Below, in pieces: positions 1 through 10,092 of a DNA stretch of 64,000 bases. The stretch covers positions 1 to 64,000 of the forward strand of contig JBNRMN010000003.1 in assembly GCA_050309605.1 (NCBI GenBank). Direction: 5' to 3'. A program made the position numbers and the translations under genes. A model generated the notes under the pieces. That model did not search any database, was not told the DNA's origin, and saw only the letters and a list, made by a program, of their open reading frames with translations. Origin of the DNA: Anaerohalosphaeraceae bacterium (GTDB taxonomy: Bacteria > Planctomycetota > Phycisphaerae > Sedimentisphaerales > Anaerohalosphaeraceae). Every line of letters begins with the position of its first letter. The first letter of the stretch is position 1.

Positions 1-122
1 CTTTCCTGAGGCTTCGCATAGCTCGTTACCTCACCATACGCCCAGTTCAGTTCCGGCCCGGTGGTTAGCCTTTAGCCGTGCTGGATTGTCCAGCTTGTCT
101 ATATTAGCTTTACTTGGCACAC
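1..122 (-). mobile_element. Probable group II intron, 5' end (domain I), continuing beyond the left edge of the window
   Basis: The minus strand from 122 reads GTGTGCCAAGTAAAGCTAATATAGACAAGCTGGACAATCCAGCACGGCTAAAGGCTAACCACCGGGCCGGAACTGAACTGGGCGTATGGTGAGGTAACGAGCTATGCGAAGCCTCAGG. It has a GUGYG start, a GCTGGA/TCCAGC hairpin and a GGTAAC (GNRA) stem followed by GAAGCC, as in bacterial group IIB domain I. Domain V and the RT ORF are not in the window. Confidence 0.62.
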
Positions 123-1714
123 TCATGATATATTTTCTTAATAATCGAGATAGCTTTTTCTACAGAAATGGTCTTTGACTCCATCATCTTTTTAAAACAA
201 TCGGCTTTGGCATACAAACAATAATCCGCATGTTTATAATAAGGGTGAACTTCAACGGATTTCGTAAATGCATCCGCCGCCAACCACCACTCACCAAGCT
301 GCCGATAACACAGTGCCATGAAATAATATGTCTTGCTTCGATTTTGGTAATGCCTTTCTGACAGCAGGGTCATATAAGTTTCCAAAAAAGATATCGTCAT
401 TTTGTAATTGACTTTTGCTTCTTCGGCATTGCCTATACTGCTCGCTTTTTGTGCCAAGTAATAATACTCCTCTCCTACACCAAATAGATGATAAACCAAG
501 TCGTCGGGATAATCCTTAAATCGTTCCAATATCTCATTTATTGTTGTTTCGGCTTCGGCATCTTTTCCCTGATGGACATACATTCGCGCCAGCGTCGTGT
601 AAGCGAACAGTTGGTCCGGACCCTCCGGAACTTGCTCAAAAATGTCCGATACAAGCTTCATTGCTTCATTTATTTCGCCCGCCCGCGCTGACTCTACCGC
701 TACGCGTGTAATCATTCGTGCCAACTCCCGACGCCCCGGATGATATGCAATATTGATGTTCAATGTTTCTCTGGCTGAAGCCATGTCTCCTATATCCGCA
801 TAGGTTTCTACGATTGCATCGCGTACTTCCGGAATCACACCATGCTCGGGAAATCGCTCCAGAAGCGTTTGATAAATGGAAAGAGCCTGTTGCGCGTATC
901 CCTGGCGGCGATAGTCTCGTGCCAGCCTTGCGGCCAGGCCGGGGGTGTTGGCCCGATGCGCATACTGGGTGAGCAACGCTTCCATTTCCTTGTCGGCAGT
1001 ATTTAAATCACCCTTCCGCAGAAATGCCTGAACAATGTGATATTGAAGATAAACCGCATTAGGATGATCGGGGTAACGCCGCAATCCCCGGCGGTATATC
1101 TCCGCCGCCGCCGCCAATCGACCCGCGCAGAAGTACCCCCAGCCAATGTCTTTCATCGCGTCCAAAAAATCTGATGCGATGCTTTCCTGCTCGTGGAGGA
1201 TTTGAATCTGTTGCTCAGCCTTCTCGAAATTCCCTTGGTGCGCATAGACCATCCCTTCCCACCCGATAAGCAACGTCTGGCGGGGATGGGTTGACAATTG
1301 ACGCTTTACCTCGTCGCAAATCGCTATGGCTTGAGGGTAGGCGTTGGCATACATACTGTCTTTGACTAAATCGGAAAGCAGACGGAATATCCCCCGGTGT
1401 TCGTAAAAAATCGGACACAGTTGGGCAACCAAAGGGGCAATTTGCTCGAACTGCTTCTCCTCGACATAAAGCCGGGCAACCTGCGCATAAGCATCAAACG
1501 CATAAGGTTTATCCGGATACGCTTGAATGATTTTTTCGTATTCAGCCCGTGCCCCTGTTAGATCACCCGCCTGATACAATTGGGTCGCCGCCTGCTGCCA
1601 GTCTTTGACCTGTTGCGGCACGGGCGGCTGTGCATAGAGACTTGCCGACAAATACAGCAAACCCGACATGAGGACAGACATTCCCCGCCGTGGTGATGAA
1701 GAAATCACGCCCAT
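110..1714 (-). CDS. Exported tetratricopeptide-repeat (BamD/CpoB-like repeat) protein, probably interrupted at its 3' end
   Basis: Repeated TPR helices ending in YP motifs (IIQAYPD, LRRYPDHP, LERFPEH, VEVHPYY) and an N-terminal signal-like segment. AAGGAG precedes ATGs at 1720 and 1714. Confidence 0.8.
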   Translation of the reverse strand: MGVISSSPRRGMSVLMSGLLYLSASLYAQPPVPQQVKDWQQAATQLYQAGDLTGARAEYEKIIQAYPDKPYAFDAYAQVARLYVEEKQFEQIAPLVAQLCPIFYEHRGIFRLLSDLVKDSMYANAYPQAIAICDEVKRQLSTHPRQTLLIGWEGMVYAHQGNFEKAEQQIQILHEQESIASDFLDAMKDIGWGYFCAGRLAAAAEIYRRGLRRYPDHPNAVYLQYHIVQAFLRKGDLNTADKEMEALLTQYAHRANTPGLAARLARDYRRQGYAQQALSIYQTLLERFPEHGVIPEVRDAIVETYADIGDMASARETLNINIAYHPGRRELARMITRVAVESARAGEINEAMKLVSDIFEQVPEGPDQLFAYTTLARMYVHQGKDAEAETTINEILERFKDYPDDLVYHLFGVGEEYYYLAQKASSIGNAEEAKVNYKMTISFLETYMTLLSERHYQNRSKTYYFMALCYRQLGEWWLAADAFTKSVEVHPYYKHADYCLYAKADCFKKMMESKTISVEKAISIIKKIYHECAK

Positions 1715-2088
1715 TGTCATTCTCCTTTCCGGCTGCGGCGGTATGGCCGCGCTGCAGCGCTCCTGCGGAAGCCGAAGACGCAAATCAAGTGGTGTCTCGC
1801 CCTCAAACGATGCGGCTGCTCTTCTGTCCTTCCTGTGTCCACTTTTCAAGCCCTTATGCCGCCCGCGGCGTCTCCCGCGGGCACGCAGACACTCGGACTG
1901 GCTGTCAATTCACTATATTAGATAAAACGACTTGTTTTGCGATGTCAAGAAAAAATTAAAAAACATACATACAACCGCGGATATATCAACATAACGTTCC
2001 ATTGAATCAAAACTTACGGCCGCGACAGCCGCACCGCCCATGATGCGTTCAACCCGGCCGTATCCAACCGTTCGGTGTCGGGTTTCGG

Positions 2089-2116
2089 TTGAAAAAACGC
2101 CGATCATCGGTATAAT
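2089..2116 (+). promoter_or_regulatory. Sigma70-type promoter of mutS (likely leaderless)
   Basis: TTGAAA-N16-TATAAT, with the ATG 8 nt after the -10 box. Confidence 0.65.
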
Positions 2117-2124
2117 CGCCCGCT

Positions 2125-4743
2125 ATGGCAAAGACGGCTGACAACCTGACGCCGGCGATGAAGCAGTTTCACCGTTTCAAACAAAAATATCCGGATGCGG
2201 TGCTGTTTTTTCGGATGGGCGATTTTTACGAGACGTTTTACGACGATGCGCAGATCTGCTCGCGTGTGCTGGGTCTGGCGCTGACCAGCCGCAACAAAAA
2301 CAGCGACAGCCCCATCCCGCTGGCCGGGCTGCCGTATCATGCCGTGGACGGCTACCTCAAAAAAATGCTCCAGGCCGGGTATAAAGTCGCCATTTGCGAA
2401 CAAGTTGAGGACCCCAAACAGGCCAAAGGCGTCGTTCAGCGCGATGTGGTGCGGGTGGTTACGCCGGGCACACTGACCGACGATATTCTGCTGGCGGCGC
2501 GGGAGGATAATTTTCTGGCGGCAGTCAGTCTGGGACGCAAAAGCGCGGCCCTGGCCTGGGTGGATATCTCGACGGGTCATTTTTTTGTGCAGGAACTGCC
2601 CGAATCGGCGGTGGTGGATGAATTGCTGCGGCTTTCGCCGCGGGAGGCGCTGCTGGCCGAGTGTCGCGGCGAGCTGTTCGAGGCCGAGCAGAAAAAACTG
2701 GCCGCGACGATTCGCCAACTGACCGGCGCGGTCATCACCGAACGGCCCGGCTGGTACTTTGACCCTTACACCGCGCGCGAAAAGCTGCTCAAACACTTCG
2801 GCACGCAAACGCTGGAGGGCTTTGGTATCGATTCGGACTTTGAAGGCGTGCGTGCGGCCGGGGCGATTCTGGAATATCTCGACGAAACGCAAAAGACCGC
2901 CCTGAACCATATCACCGCGATACATCCGGTGCAGCCGAGCCGGTTTTTGCAGATCGACCCGACCTCGCTGCGTTCACTGGAAGTGCTGCGAACAATCCGT
3001 TCCGAATCGACCAAAGGCACGCTGCTGGAGACAATCGACCAGACGCTCACGGCGATGGGGTCGCGGCTGCTGCGGGGATGGATCTGCCGCCCGCTGCGTG
3101 AGCCGGCGGCGATTGTCGCCCGTCAGGATGCGATTGCCGAACTGGTCGGCGACGACGCCCTGCTGAACCACCTGCGCGGACAACTCAGGCATATTGCCGA
3201 TCTGGAGCGCATCGTCGCCCGCATCAGCACCTTTCGCGCCGTACCCAAAGATCTGGTCGCATTGGGAATGACACTGCGGGCCATTCCGCACGTACGGGAT
3301 GCGCTGTCGGCCTGTCAGTCGGCGATGCTGCACGATCTGCACGCACGCTGCGACAGCATGGACGAGCTGGCCGATCTGCTCGAAGCGGCCATTGAGCCGG
3401 AACCGCCCTCTCATCTGCGCGATGGCGGGGTCATTCGCAGCGGCTTTCACGCCGAGCTGGACAAACTGCGGTCGATCTCCAAAGACGGCCAAAGCTGGCT
3501 GGCCGACTATCAGCAGCGTCAAATCCAGCGCACCGGCATCGACAAACTCAAGGTCGGCTTTAACAAGGTCTTCGGCTATTACATCGAGCTGAGCCGCGCA
3601 CACGCCGACCGGGTTCCAACCGATTATGTCCGCAAGCAAACGATTAAAAACGCCGAACGCTATATCACCGACGAACTGAAGCAATACGAAGAGCAGGCCC
3701 TCGGTGCAGCGGAAAAAGCGATTGCGCTGGAACAGCAACTGTTCGAGCAGATGCGAAACGAATGCGCCGGCTATATTCCGCGGCTGCAGGCGCTGGCCGA
3801 GGTCATCGCGATCGGCGACTGTCTGGCGGCGCTGGCGCATCTGGCTCGACAGAACCGCTACATTCGACCAACCATTACCGACGACAAAGAACTGCACATC
3901 CTTGAAGGCAAACACCCCGTCCTGGCGCAGATGCTCGGAGCCGAGTTCGTCCCCAATGATGTGACCCTCAGCACGGACGGCAAGGACATCGCCATCATCA
4001 CCGGCCCGAATATGGCCGGCAAAAGCACCTACATCCGTCAGGTCGCGCTGCTGGTTTTACTGGCGCAAACCGGCGCGTTCATTCCGGCCAAAGAAGCGCG
4101 AATCGGCGCAGCGGACCGCATCTTTACCCGCGTCGGCGCCTCGGATGAACTGGCGCGGGGACAGAGTACGTTCATGGTCGAGATGACCGAGACAGCCAAT
4201 ATTCTGAACAACGCCACGGAAAAGAGTCTGGTGATTCTTGACGAGGTCGGTCGCGGCACGAGTACCTACGACGGGCTTTCATTGGCCTGGGCGATTACCG
4301 AACATCTGGCCAATACGCTCCAATGCCGCACGCTGTTTGCAACGCATTATCACGAACTGACCGAACTGGGGCAGTTACTGGCCAATGTCAAAAATCTGAA
4401 TGTCGCGGTGCGCGAGTGGGCCGGGCAGGTGGTCTTTTTGCACAAGATCATCCCCGGCGGCACGGACAAAAGCTACGGCATTCACGTCGCCAAACTGGCC
4501 GGGCTGCCCAAATCCATCATTGCCCGCAGTCATGAGATTCTGGCCGATCTGGAAAGCACGTTTGCCAAAGAGGCCTCCGGCGATAAGCTGGCCCGTCATA
4601 AAACGGTATCGCAAGAGGAACTGCTGTTTGTGGAACGTCACAAGTCGGTACTGGACAAACTCAAGACGCTTGACATCAACCGCCTGACGCCGATTGAGGC
4701 GATCAATCTGCTCAATGAAATCCGCAACGAAATCGACCGCTGA
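2125..4743 (+). CDS. mutS: DNA mismatch repair protein MutS
   Basis: TPAMKQF..FFRMGDFYETF mismatch-binding motif, Walker A GPNMAGKS, STFMVEM, DEVGRGTS, SYGIHVAKLAG. Confidence 0.98.
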   Translation: MAKTADNLTPAMKQFHRFKQKYPDAVLFFRMGDFYETFYDDAQICSRVLGLALTSRNKNSDSPIPLAGLPYHAVDGYLKKMLQAGYKVAICEQVEDPKQAKGVVQRDVVRVVTPGTLTDDILLAAREDNFLAAVSLGRKSAALAWVDISTGHFFVQELPESAVVDELLRLSPREALLAECRGELFEAEQKKLAATIRQLTGAVITERPGWYFDPYTAREKLLKHFGTQTLEGFGIDSDFEGVRAAGAILEYLDETQKTALNHITAIHPVQPSRFLQIDPTSLRSLEVLRTIRSESTKGTLLETIDQTLTAMGSRLLRGWICRPLREPAAIVARQDAIAELVGDDALLNHLRGQLRHIADLERIVARISTFRAVPKDLVALGMTLRAIPHVRDALSACQSAMLHDLHARCDSMDELADLLEAAIEPEPPSHLRDGGVIRSGFHAELDKLRSISKDGQSWLADYQQRQIQRTGIDKLKVGFNKVFGYYIELSRAHADRVPTDYVRKQTIKNAERYITDELKQYEEQALGAAEKAIALEQQLFEQMRNECAGYIPRLQALAEVIAIGDCLAALAHLARQNRYIRPTITDDKELHILEGKHPVLAQMLGAEFVPNDVTLSTDGKDIAIITGPNMAGKSTYIRQVALLVLLAQTGAFIPAKEARIGAADRIFTRVGASDELARGQSTFMVEMTETANILNNATEKSLVILDEVGRGTSTYDGLSLAWAITEHLANTLQCRTLFATHYHELTELGQLLANVKNLNVAVREWAGQVVFLHKIIPGGTDKSYGIHVAKLAGLPKSIIARSHEILADLESTFAKEASGDKLARHKTVSQEELLFVERHKSVLDKLKTLDINRLTPIEAINLLNEIRNEIDR

Positions 4744-4790
4744 TCATCTTTGCAGCGGCGAGGCAACCATCTCAGCAATCGCCGGGGATG

Positions 4791-5291
4791 CTATTTAACG
4801 CGCCGTTTGAGCAGGACGACCACCGTCGCTTCAATCGCCTCTGCCTGACCAACGGGACCGAGACCTTCGGCGGTTTTGGCCTTGACGTTGACATTGGCAA
4901 AATCGGTATCAATCAGGCCGGCGATGCTGCGTCGAATCTGTCCTTTGTAAGGGCCGAGCTTCGGCAGTTCGGCGTGAACAATGATATCGACATTAACAAG
5001 CTGCCAGTGGTGTTTTTTGATTTGTTCGCGCACCCGCAAGAGCAGCTCGCCGCTGTCGGCGTCTTTCCACTGCGGGTCGGTATCGGGAAAAAACGCACCG
5101 ATATCGCCCAGACCGGCCGCCCCCAGCAGCGCGTCCATCACGGCATGCAGCACCACATCGCCGTCGCTGTGGCCCAGCAGCCCCAGCGGAAACGGAATGT
5201 GAACGCCGCCGAGCATCAGCCTGCGTTCCGGCACCAGCCGATGAATATCCGTGCCGATGCCGCTGCGATAGTCGTATTGAACCTCTGTCAC
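4791..5291 (-). CDS. ispF: 2-C-methyl-D-erythritol 2,4-cyclodiphosphate synthase
   Basis: GIGTDIH, GHSDGDVVLHAVMDALLGA, GDIG..FPDTD, NVKAKTAEGLG. GTG start overlaps the hisB stop. Confidence 0.96.
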   Translation of the reverse strand: MTEVQYDYRSGIGTDIHRLVPERRLMLGGVHIPFPLGLLGHSDGDVVLHAVMDALLGAAGLGDIGAFFPDTDPQWKDADSGELLLRVREQIKKHHWQLVNVDIIVHAELPKLGPYKGQIRRSIAGLIDTDFANVNVKAKTAEGLGPVGQAEAIEATVVVLLKRRVK

Positions 5292-5872
5292 AGTGTGCCC
5301 TTTGTGCTGGGAATCTCGCTGCCGACGATCTTGACCGCTGAACCGAGGGCCTGACCGAGGGCCTTGAAGATGGCCTCGGCGATGTGGTGGCTGTTGGCGC
5401 CGTAGGGCGATTCGACGTGCAGGTTGAACTTGCCGACTGTCGAGAAGCTGCGTAAAAACTCCTCAACGCACTCCACATCAAAGTCGCCGATTTTTTCGGT
5501 TTTGAACCCGGCCCGATACACCAGGTACGGCCGTCCGGACAAATCAACGGTAACCTCGGCCTTGGCATCTTCCATCGGTACCACACTGTGGCCGTAACGG
5601 GCGATGCCTTTCTTGTCGCCCAGCGCCGTTTCCAGCGCCTGGCCCAGCGCAATGCCCACATCCTCAATCGTATGATGCGCATCGACCTCCAAGTCGCCTT
5701 TGGCCCGGACGGTCATATCGATTCGGCTGTGCTTGCTCAGGTGCGCCAGCATATGGTCGAAAAACCCGACGCCGGTATTGATTGAGTAGTGCCCCTGCCC
5801 GTCCAGATTCAGATCGACGCGAATGTCCGTTTCATTGGTTTTGCGTTCGATGGTTGCTTGTCGCTGTGCCAT
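5288..5872 (-). CDS. hisB: Imidazoleglycerol-phosphate dehydratase
   Basis: RKTNETDI, TGVGFFDHML, DAHHTIED, NSHHIAEAIFKA, PSTKG. Confidence 0.97.
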   Translation of the reverse strand: MAQRQATIERKTNETDIRVDLNLDGQGHYSINTGVGFFDHMLAHLSKHSRIDMTVRAKGDLEVDAHHTIEDVGIALGQALETALGDKKGIARYGHSVVPMEDAKAEVTVDLSGRPYLVYRAGFKTEKIGDFDVECVEEFLRSFSTVGKFNLHVESPYGANSHHIAEAIFKALGQALGSAVKIVGSEIPSTKGTL

Positions 5873-5876
5873 GAGA

Positions 5877-6926
5877 TTATCCTTGCAAAATAGGGTTCAA
5901 AGCCGCCAGCAGCTTATCGTTCTGTTCGGGTGTACCGACCGTAATCCGCAGTTGATCTTCCAGCCCCGGCAAATCAAAGTAGCGGACATAAATCTGCTCT
6001 TTGGCCAATGCCTTGAAGACCGCCTCGGCGTCTTTGCCGACACAGCGGGCCAGCACGAAATTGGTCTGACTGTCCGGCACATCCAGTCCGAGCTGCCGCA
6101 GGGCCTCGGTCAGCCGCCGCCGCTCGGTCTTGATCTTCAAGATGTTTTCTTTGAAATAAATCTGGTCGGTCATGGCCGCCGCCGCCGCTCGCAGGGCCAA
6201 TACATCCACCGCGTAAGAATCCCGCACCTTCATCAGTCCCTCAATCAGAACCGGATCGGCCACGGCAAATCCGAATCGCAATCCGGCCAGTGAATACCCT
6301 TTGCTCATCGACCGCAGGATAATGACATTCGTAAATTCCCGTACCAGCCGCAGCGCGTTGTCATCAGCGAAATCCGCGTACGCCTCATCAATCAGCAGCA
6401 CACCGGACAGTTTCGAAGCCAGCTCGGCCAGCGCATCAATCGGCAGCAGCTCACACGTCGGGGCGTTGGGATTGCAGACCATCGTCAGTGCCGCGTCGGC
6501 CTGTGCCAGTTGGTCGAGGGCATCCGAAGCGTTTCGGTCGATCTCAATCGTCGGGCAGCCCTGAATCGCAGCCAGCACCGGATACAGCGAATACGTCGGC
6601 TGGGTAAACGCAGCCGGCCGGTCGGCGTCGCAGCAGGCACGCACGGCAATATTGAGCAAATCATCCCCGCCGTTGGTGCAGCAAATGTTTTCCGGCTGCA
6701 CATCCAGCACCCCGGCTGCGGCCCGTCGAAACACATCGCCGACCGGATCCGGATAGCGGCGAAGCTGCTCGGCGGTCGTGGTCTGAATCGCCTCCAGTAC
6801 CGCCGGCGAGGGCGGATACGGATTCTCGTTGGTGTTCAGCTTGACCACATCATCCTGTTTGGGCTGAAACCCCGGCACATACCCGGCCATCCGTTCAATA
6901 TTGTCTCGAAAATAAGCCATCTTCAT
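5877..6926 (-). CDS. hisC: Histidinol-phosphate aminotransferase
   Basis: KLNTNENPY, RYPD, NPNAPT, IDEAYADF, RSMSKGYSLAGLRFG PLP-lysine motif; next to hisB. Confidence 0.95.
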   Translation of the reverse strand: MKMAYFRDNIERMAGYVPGFQPKQDDVVKLNTNENPYPPSPAVLEAIQTTTAEQLRRYPDPVGDVFRRAAAGVLDVQPENICCTNGGDDLLNIAVRACCDADRPAAFTQPTYSLYPVLAAIQGCPTIEIDRNASDALDQLAQADAALTMVCNPNAPTCELLPIDALAELASKLSGVLLIDEAYADFADDNALRLVREFTNVIILRSMSKGYSLAGLRFGFAVADPVLIEGLMKVRDSYAVDVLALRAAAAAMTDQIYFKENILKIKTERRRLTEALRQLGLDVPDSQTNFVLARCVGKDAEAVFKALAKEQIYVRYFDLPGLEDQLRITVGTPEQNDKLLAALNPILQG

Positions 6927-6927
6927 T

Positions 6928-6985
6928 ATTTCCTATTACCTACGGTCTATTTCAAATTGGAGATATGAAATAGGAAATTTGAAAT
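6928..6985. repeat. Degenerate 7-nt repeats arranged as an inverted pair
   Basis: TTCCTAT-TACCTAC-GGTCTAT-TTCAAAT ... GAAATAG-GAAATTT-GAAAT; ATTTCCTAT pairs with ATAGGAAAT. Confidence 0.5.
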
Positions 6986-6988
6986 ATT

Positions 6989-7834
6989 CTATTTGCCGCA
7001 ATAGTCGATGAGCCGTCCGATTTCGCTGCGCAGGTCTTTGCGGTGGACGATCATATCGACAAAACCGTGTTCGACGAGGAACTCGGCCCGCTGGAAGCCT
7101 TCGGGCAGTTCAATTTTGATCGTTTGCTGGATGACGCGAGGACCGGTAAAGCCGATCAAAGCGCCGGGTTCGGCGATAATCACATCGCCCAGCATCGAAA
7201 AGCTGGCCGCCACACCGCCGGTCGTCGGGTCGGTCAGGATGGAGATGTACAACCCGCCGGCCTCATCATAGCGGGCCAGCGCGGCGCTGGTCTTGGCCAT
7301 CTGCTGCAAAGCAACGACGCCTTCATGCATGCGCGCCCCCCCGGAACAGCTCACCACCACCAGCGGCAGGTTTTCTTCGATGGCCCGATCCACGCCGCGG
7401 CAGAACTTTTCGCCGACGACCATGCCCATCGAACCGCCCAGAAACGAAAAATCCATCGCCGCCAAAACCACGCCGCGTCCGCGGATGAACGCCTTGCCGA
7501 CGAGCACGGCCTCGTGGGCGCGATGGGCTTTCGGATCCGCTTTGATACGGTCGCGGTAGTGCTTATCGCCCCAGACGAACGAAAGCGGATCACTGCTGGC
7601 CAGGTCCCGAGCCAGCTCTTCAAAGGAATCTTCATCGACAAGCTGCTGCACACGCGTCGGCCCGTCAATGCGAAAATGATGAGCACACTCCGGGCAGACG
7701 CCGAGATTCTGATCGACGGTTTTTCGATACAGCATATTCCGGCAGGAAGGACACGACAACCACAACCCTTCGGGCATTTCCTTGCGGGGTTTGAGCGAAA
7801 AACCGTCCCAGCCTGCTTTTTTATTTTTGGCCAT
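6989..7834 (-). CDS. accD: Acetyl-CoA carboxylase carboxyltransferase beta subunit
   Basis: Zinc finger [42 protein letters not shown]. Confidence 0.96.
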   Translation of the reverse strand: MAKNKKAGWDGFSLKPRKEMPEGLWLSCPSCRNMLYRKTVDQNLGVCPECAHHFRIDGPTRVQQLVDEDSFEELARDLASSDPLSFVWGDKHYRDRIKADPKAHRAHEAVLVGKAFIRGRGVVLAAMDFSFLGGSMGMVVGEKFCRGVDRAIEENLPLVVVSCSGGARMHEGVVALQQMAKTSAALARYDEAGGLYISILTDPTTGGVAASFSMLGDVIIAEPGALIGFTGPRVIQQTIKIELPEGFQRAEFLVEHGFVDMIVHRKDLRSEIGRLIDYCGK

Positions 7835-7929
7835 AGCGATCATTTCTTCTCAGCCGCCGGCCGCCGGCTTTGAGCTTCCCGGAGGAGACAGCCGGTCGCT
7901 GCAAGCGGGCCGCCGGACGCATTTTTGGA

Positions 7930-8610
7930 TTATCCATTCTCAATTGCCTGCCGTATCGCATTGATGGCCGCAGCCCGGTCAGACTGACCGAAGATGGCGT
8001 TGCCGGCCACAAACGTATCGGCGCCGTAGCGTTTGACCGTGCCGACGGTCGTTGGATCAATGCCGCCATCGACCTCAATCCGTACATCCGGCCCGACGAT
8101 CTGCCGCAGGCGAATACACTTCTGCGCCGCCTGATCCATAAACGACTGGCCGCCAAAACCGGGGTTAACTGTCATCACCAGCACCATATCGCACAACGGG
8201 GCGACCTGCTCGACCGCCTCAACCGGGGTATCGGGATTTAATGTCACCCCGGCCGATACGCCCAGATCGTGAAGCGCCTTGACGAACCCGGCCGGATCGC
8301 TGACCGTTTCGATATGAAACGTGATATGATCACTGCCGGCCTCGACAAACCGTTCGGCATACGGTTCAGGGTCGGTCATCATCAGATGCGTATCCAGCAC
8401 AGCATCGGTACATTGGCGAATCCAGGCCACCACCGGCGGGCCGAACGTCAGGTTCGGCACAAAATGCCCGTCCATCACATCCAGATGCACCACCTCGATC
8501 CCCGCGGCCGTGACCTGCGCAATTTCCGAGGCCAGACGCGCAAAATCGGCGCTGAGGATCGACGGTGCGATCTGAAACGTCCCGGCCTTCGGCAGTCTGC
8601 GTCTGTTCAT
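7930..8610 (-). CDS. rpe: Ribulose-phosphate 3-epimerase
   Basis: IAPSILSADF, HLDVMDGHFVPNLTFG, MTVNPGFGGQ, EVDGGI. Confidence 0.97.
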   Translation of the reverse strand: MNRRRLPKAGTFQIAPSILSADFARLASEIAQVTAAGIEVVHLDVMDGHFVPNLTFGPPVVAWIRQCTDAVLDTHLMMTDPEPYAERFVEAGSDHITFHIETVSDPAGFVKALHDLGVSAGVTLNPDTPVEAVEQVAPLCDMVLVMTVNPGFGGQSFMDQAAQKCIRLRQIVGPDVRIEVDGGIDPTTVGTVKRYGADTFVAGNAIFGQSDRAAAINAIRQAIENG

Positions 8611-8628
8611 CGTTTTCTGCTCTGTATT

Positions 8629-8711
8629 GCCACAGAAAACACAGAGGTCTCAGAGAGACAATTTTGAATTAAGACTTAAAAATTCACTCTGTGTCCTCTG
8701 CGACCAGTGGC
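8629..8711. repeat. Inverted arrays of 9-nt CACAGAGNN-type repeats around an AT-rich core
   Basis: GC-CACAGAAAA-CACAGAGGT-CTCAGAGAG ... CTCTGTG-TCCTCTGCG-ACCAGTGGC. Confidence 0.65.
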
Positions 8712-8714
8712 TTT

Positions 8715-9953
8715 TTATTTTTCGTCCAGAATTTCAAGGCATTTGAACTTCTTGCCTTCGAGAAACTCCAGACTCGCGCCGCCGCCGGTCGAGATGTGGC
8801 TGACGCGATCCTGCAAGCCAAGCTGCGCAATGGCGCTGGCGCTGTCGCCGCCGCCGATGATGCTGCGGGCGCCTTTGTCGGTCGCCTCGGCCACCGCAAT
8901 CGCCACCGCTTTGGTGCCGGCGTCGAACGGCTCCAATTCGAACACACCCATCGGCCCGTTCCAGACAATGGTCTTGGCGTTTTGCAGCTTCTCGGCAAAC
9001 AGGTTCTGGGTTTGGGGGCCGATATCCAGCCCTTCCCAGCCGTCTTCGATGTCGCCTTCAACGACCTTGTGCTCGGCGTTGGCCTTAAACTCTTTGGCGA
9101 CAACCGTATCAACCGGCAAGACAATTTGACAGCCGATTTCCTCGGCCTGCTTGAGCAGATCGCTCGCTTTGTCGGCAAAATCCGTTTCGCACAGGCTGTT
9201 GCCGACGCGCTTGCCCTGCGCCTTGAAAAAGGTATAGGCCATCGCTCCGCCGATGAGAATGCCATCGACCTTGCGCAGCAGGTTCTCAATGACGCCGATT
9301 TTGTCGGAGACCTTCGCCCCGCCCAGAATCGCCACAAACGGACGTTCCGGCTGCTCAAGGGTATCGCCGAGATACTTCAATTCTTTTTCAATCAAAAAGC
9401 CGATAACCCGATCCTTGCCTTCCATCAGCACCGGCACGGTGTACATCGAGGCGTTATCGCGATGGGCCGTGCCGAAGGCATCGTCCACATACACATCCGC
9501 CAACTCGGCCAACTGACGGGCAAACGCATCCTTGGCCTGACGCAATTGGGCATCTTCCTTGGCGGCCTTGTCTTTGATGGTTTCCTCTTTGTGAAAACGC
9601 ACATTTTCCAGCAGCATCACATCGCCGGGTTTCAGCGCGGCGGCTTTGGCCTTCACGTCCGGACCGATGCAGTCCTCGACAAAGATAACGGCCTTGCCCA
9701 GCAATTCGCCCAGCCGACCGGCGACCGGCGCCAGCGAAAATTTCGGATCCGGCGCGCCCTTGGGACGCCCCAAATGACTCATCAAAATCAGCGAACCGCC
9801 CTGCTCCAGGACGTGCTTGATGGTCGGCAGCGCCTGGACGATGCGGTTGTCGTTGGTGATATTCTGCTGGTCGTCGAGCGGCACATTAAAATCCACCCGC
9901 ATCAGCACCTTTTTGTCTTTGACATTAATATCTGCAACCGTTTTTTTGGCCAT
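8715..9953 (-). CDS. pgk: Phosphoglycerate kinase
   Basis: [51 protein letters not shown]. Confidence 0.98.
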   Translation of the reverse strand: MAKKTVADINVKDKKVLMRVDFNVPLDDQQNITNDNRIVQALPTIKHVLEQGGSLILMSHLGRPKGAPDPKFSLAPVAGRLGELLGKAVIFVEDCIGPDVKAKAAALKPGDVMLLENVRFHKEETIKDKAAKEDAQLRQAKDAFARQLAELADVYVDDAFGTAHRDNASMYTVPVLMEGKDRVIGFLIEKELKYLGDTLEQPERPFVAILGGAKVSDKIGVIENLLRKVDGILIGGAMAYTFFKAQGKRVGNSLCETDFADKASDLLKQAEEIGCQIVLPVDTVVAKEFKANAEHKVVEGDIEDGWEGLDIGPQTQNLFAEKLQNAKTIVWNGPMGVFELEPFDAGTKAVAIAVAEATDKGARSIIGGGDSASAIAQLGLQDRVSHISTGGGASLEFLEGKKFKCLEILDEK

Positions 9954-10018
9954 AGACCTATCCTTTCAGACAATCCTTTGTTTGTCGTCTTGTATGGTTT
10001 GCCTTCGCATCCGTAAGC

Positions 10019-10048
10019 AAGAAAAGCCCGCGGCCAGGCGCGGGCTTT
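10019..10048 (-). terminator. Rho-independent terminator or attenuating hairpin between gap and pgk
   Basis: AAAGCCCGCG-N6-CGCGGGCTTT stem; U-rich tail TTTTCTT on the minus strand. Confidence 0.7.
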
Positions 10049-10092
10049 CGACTCTGTGACACGCATCGCGCCCGAACGGGCGAAAAGCTGTA

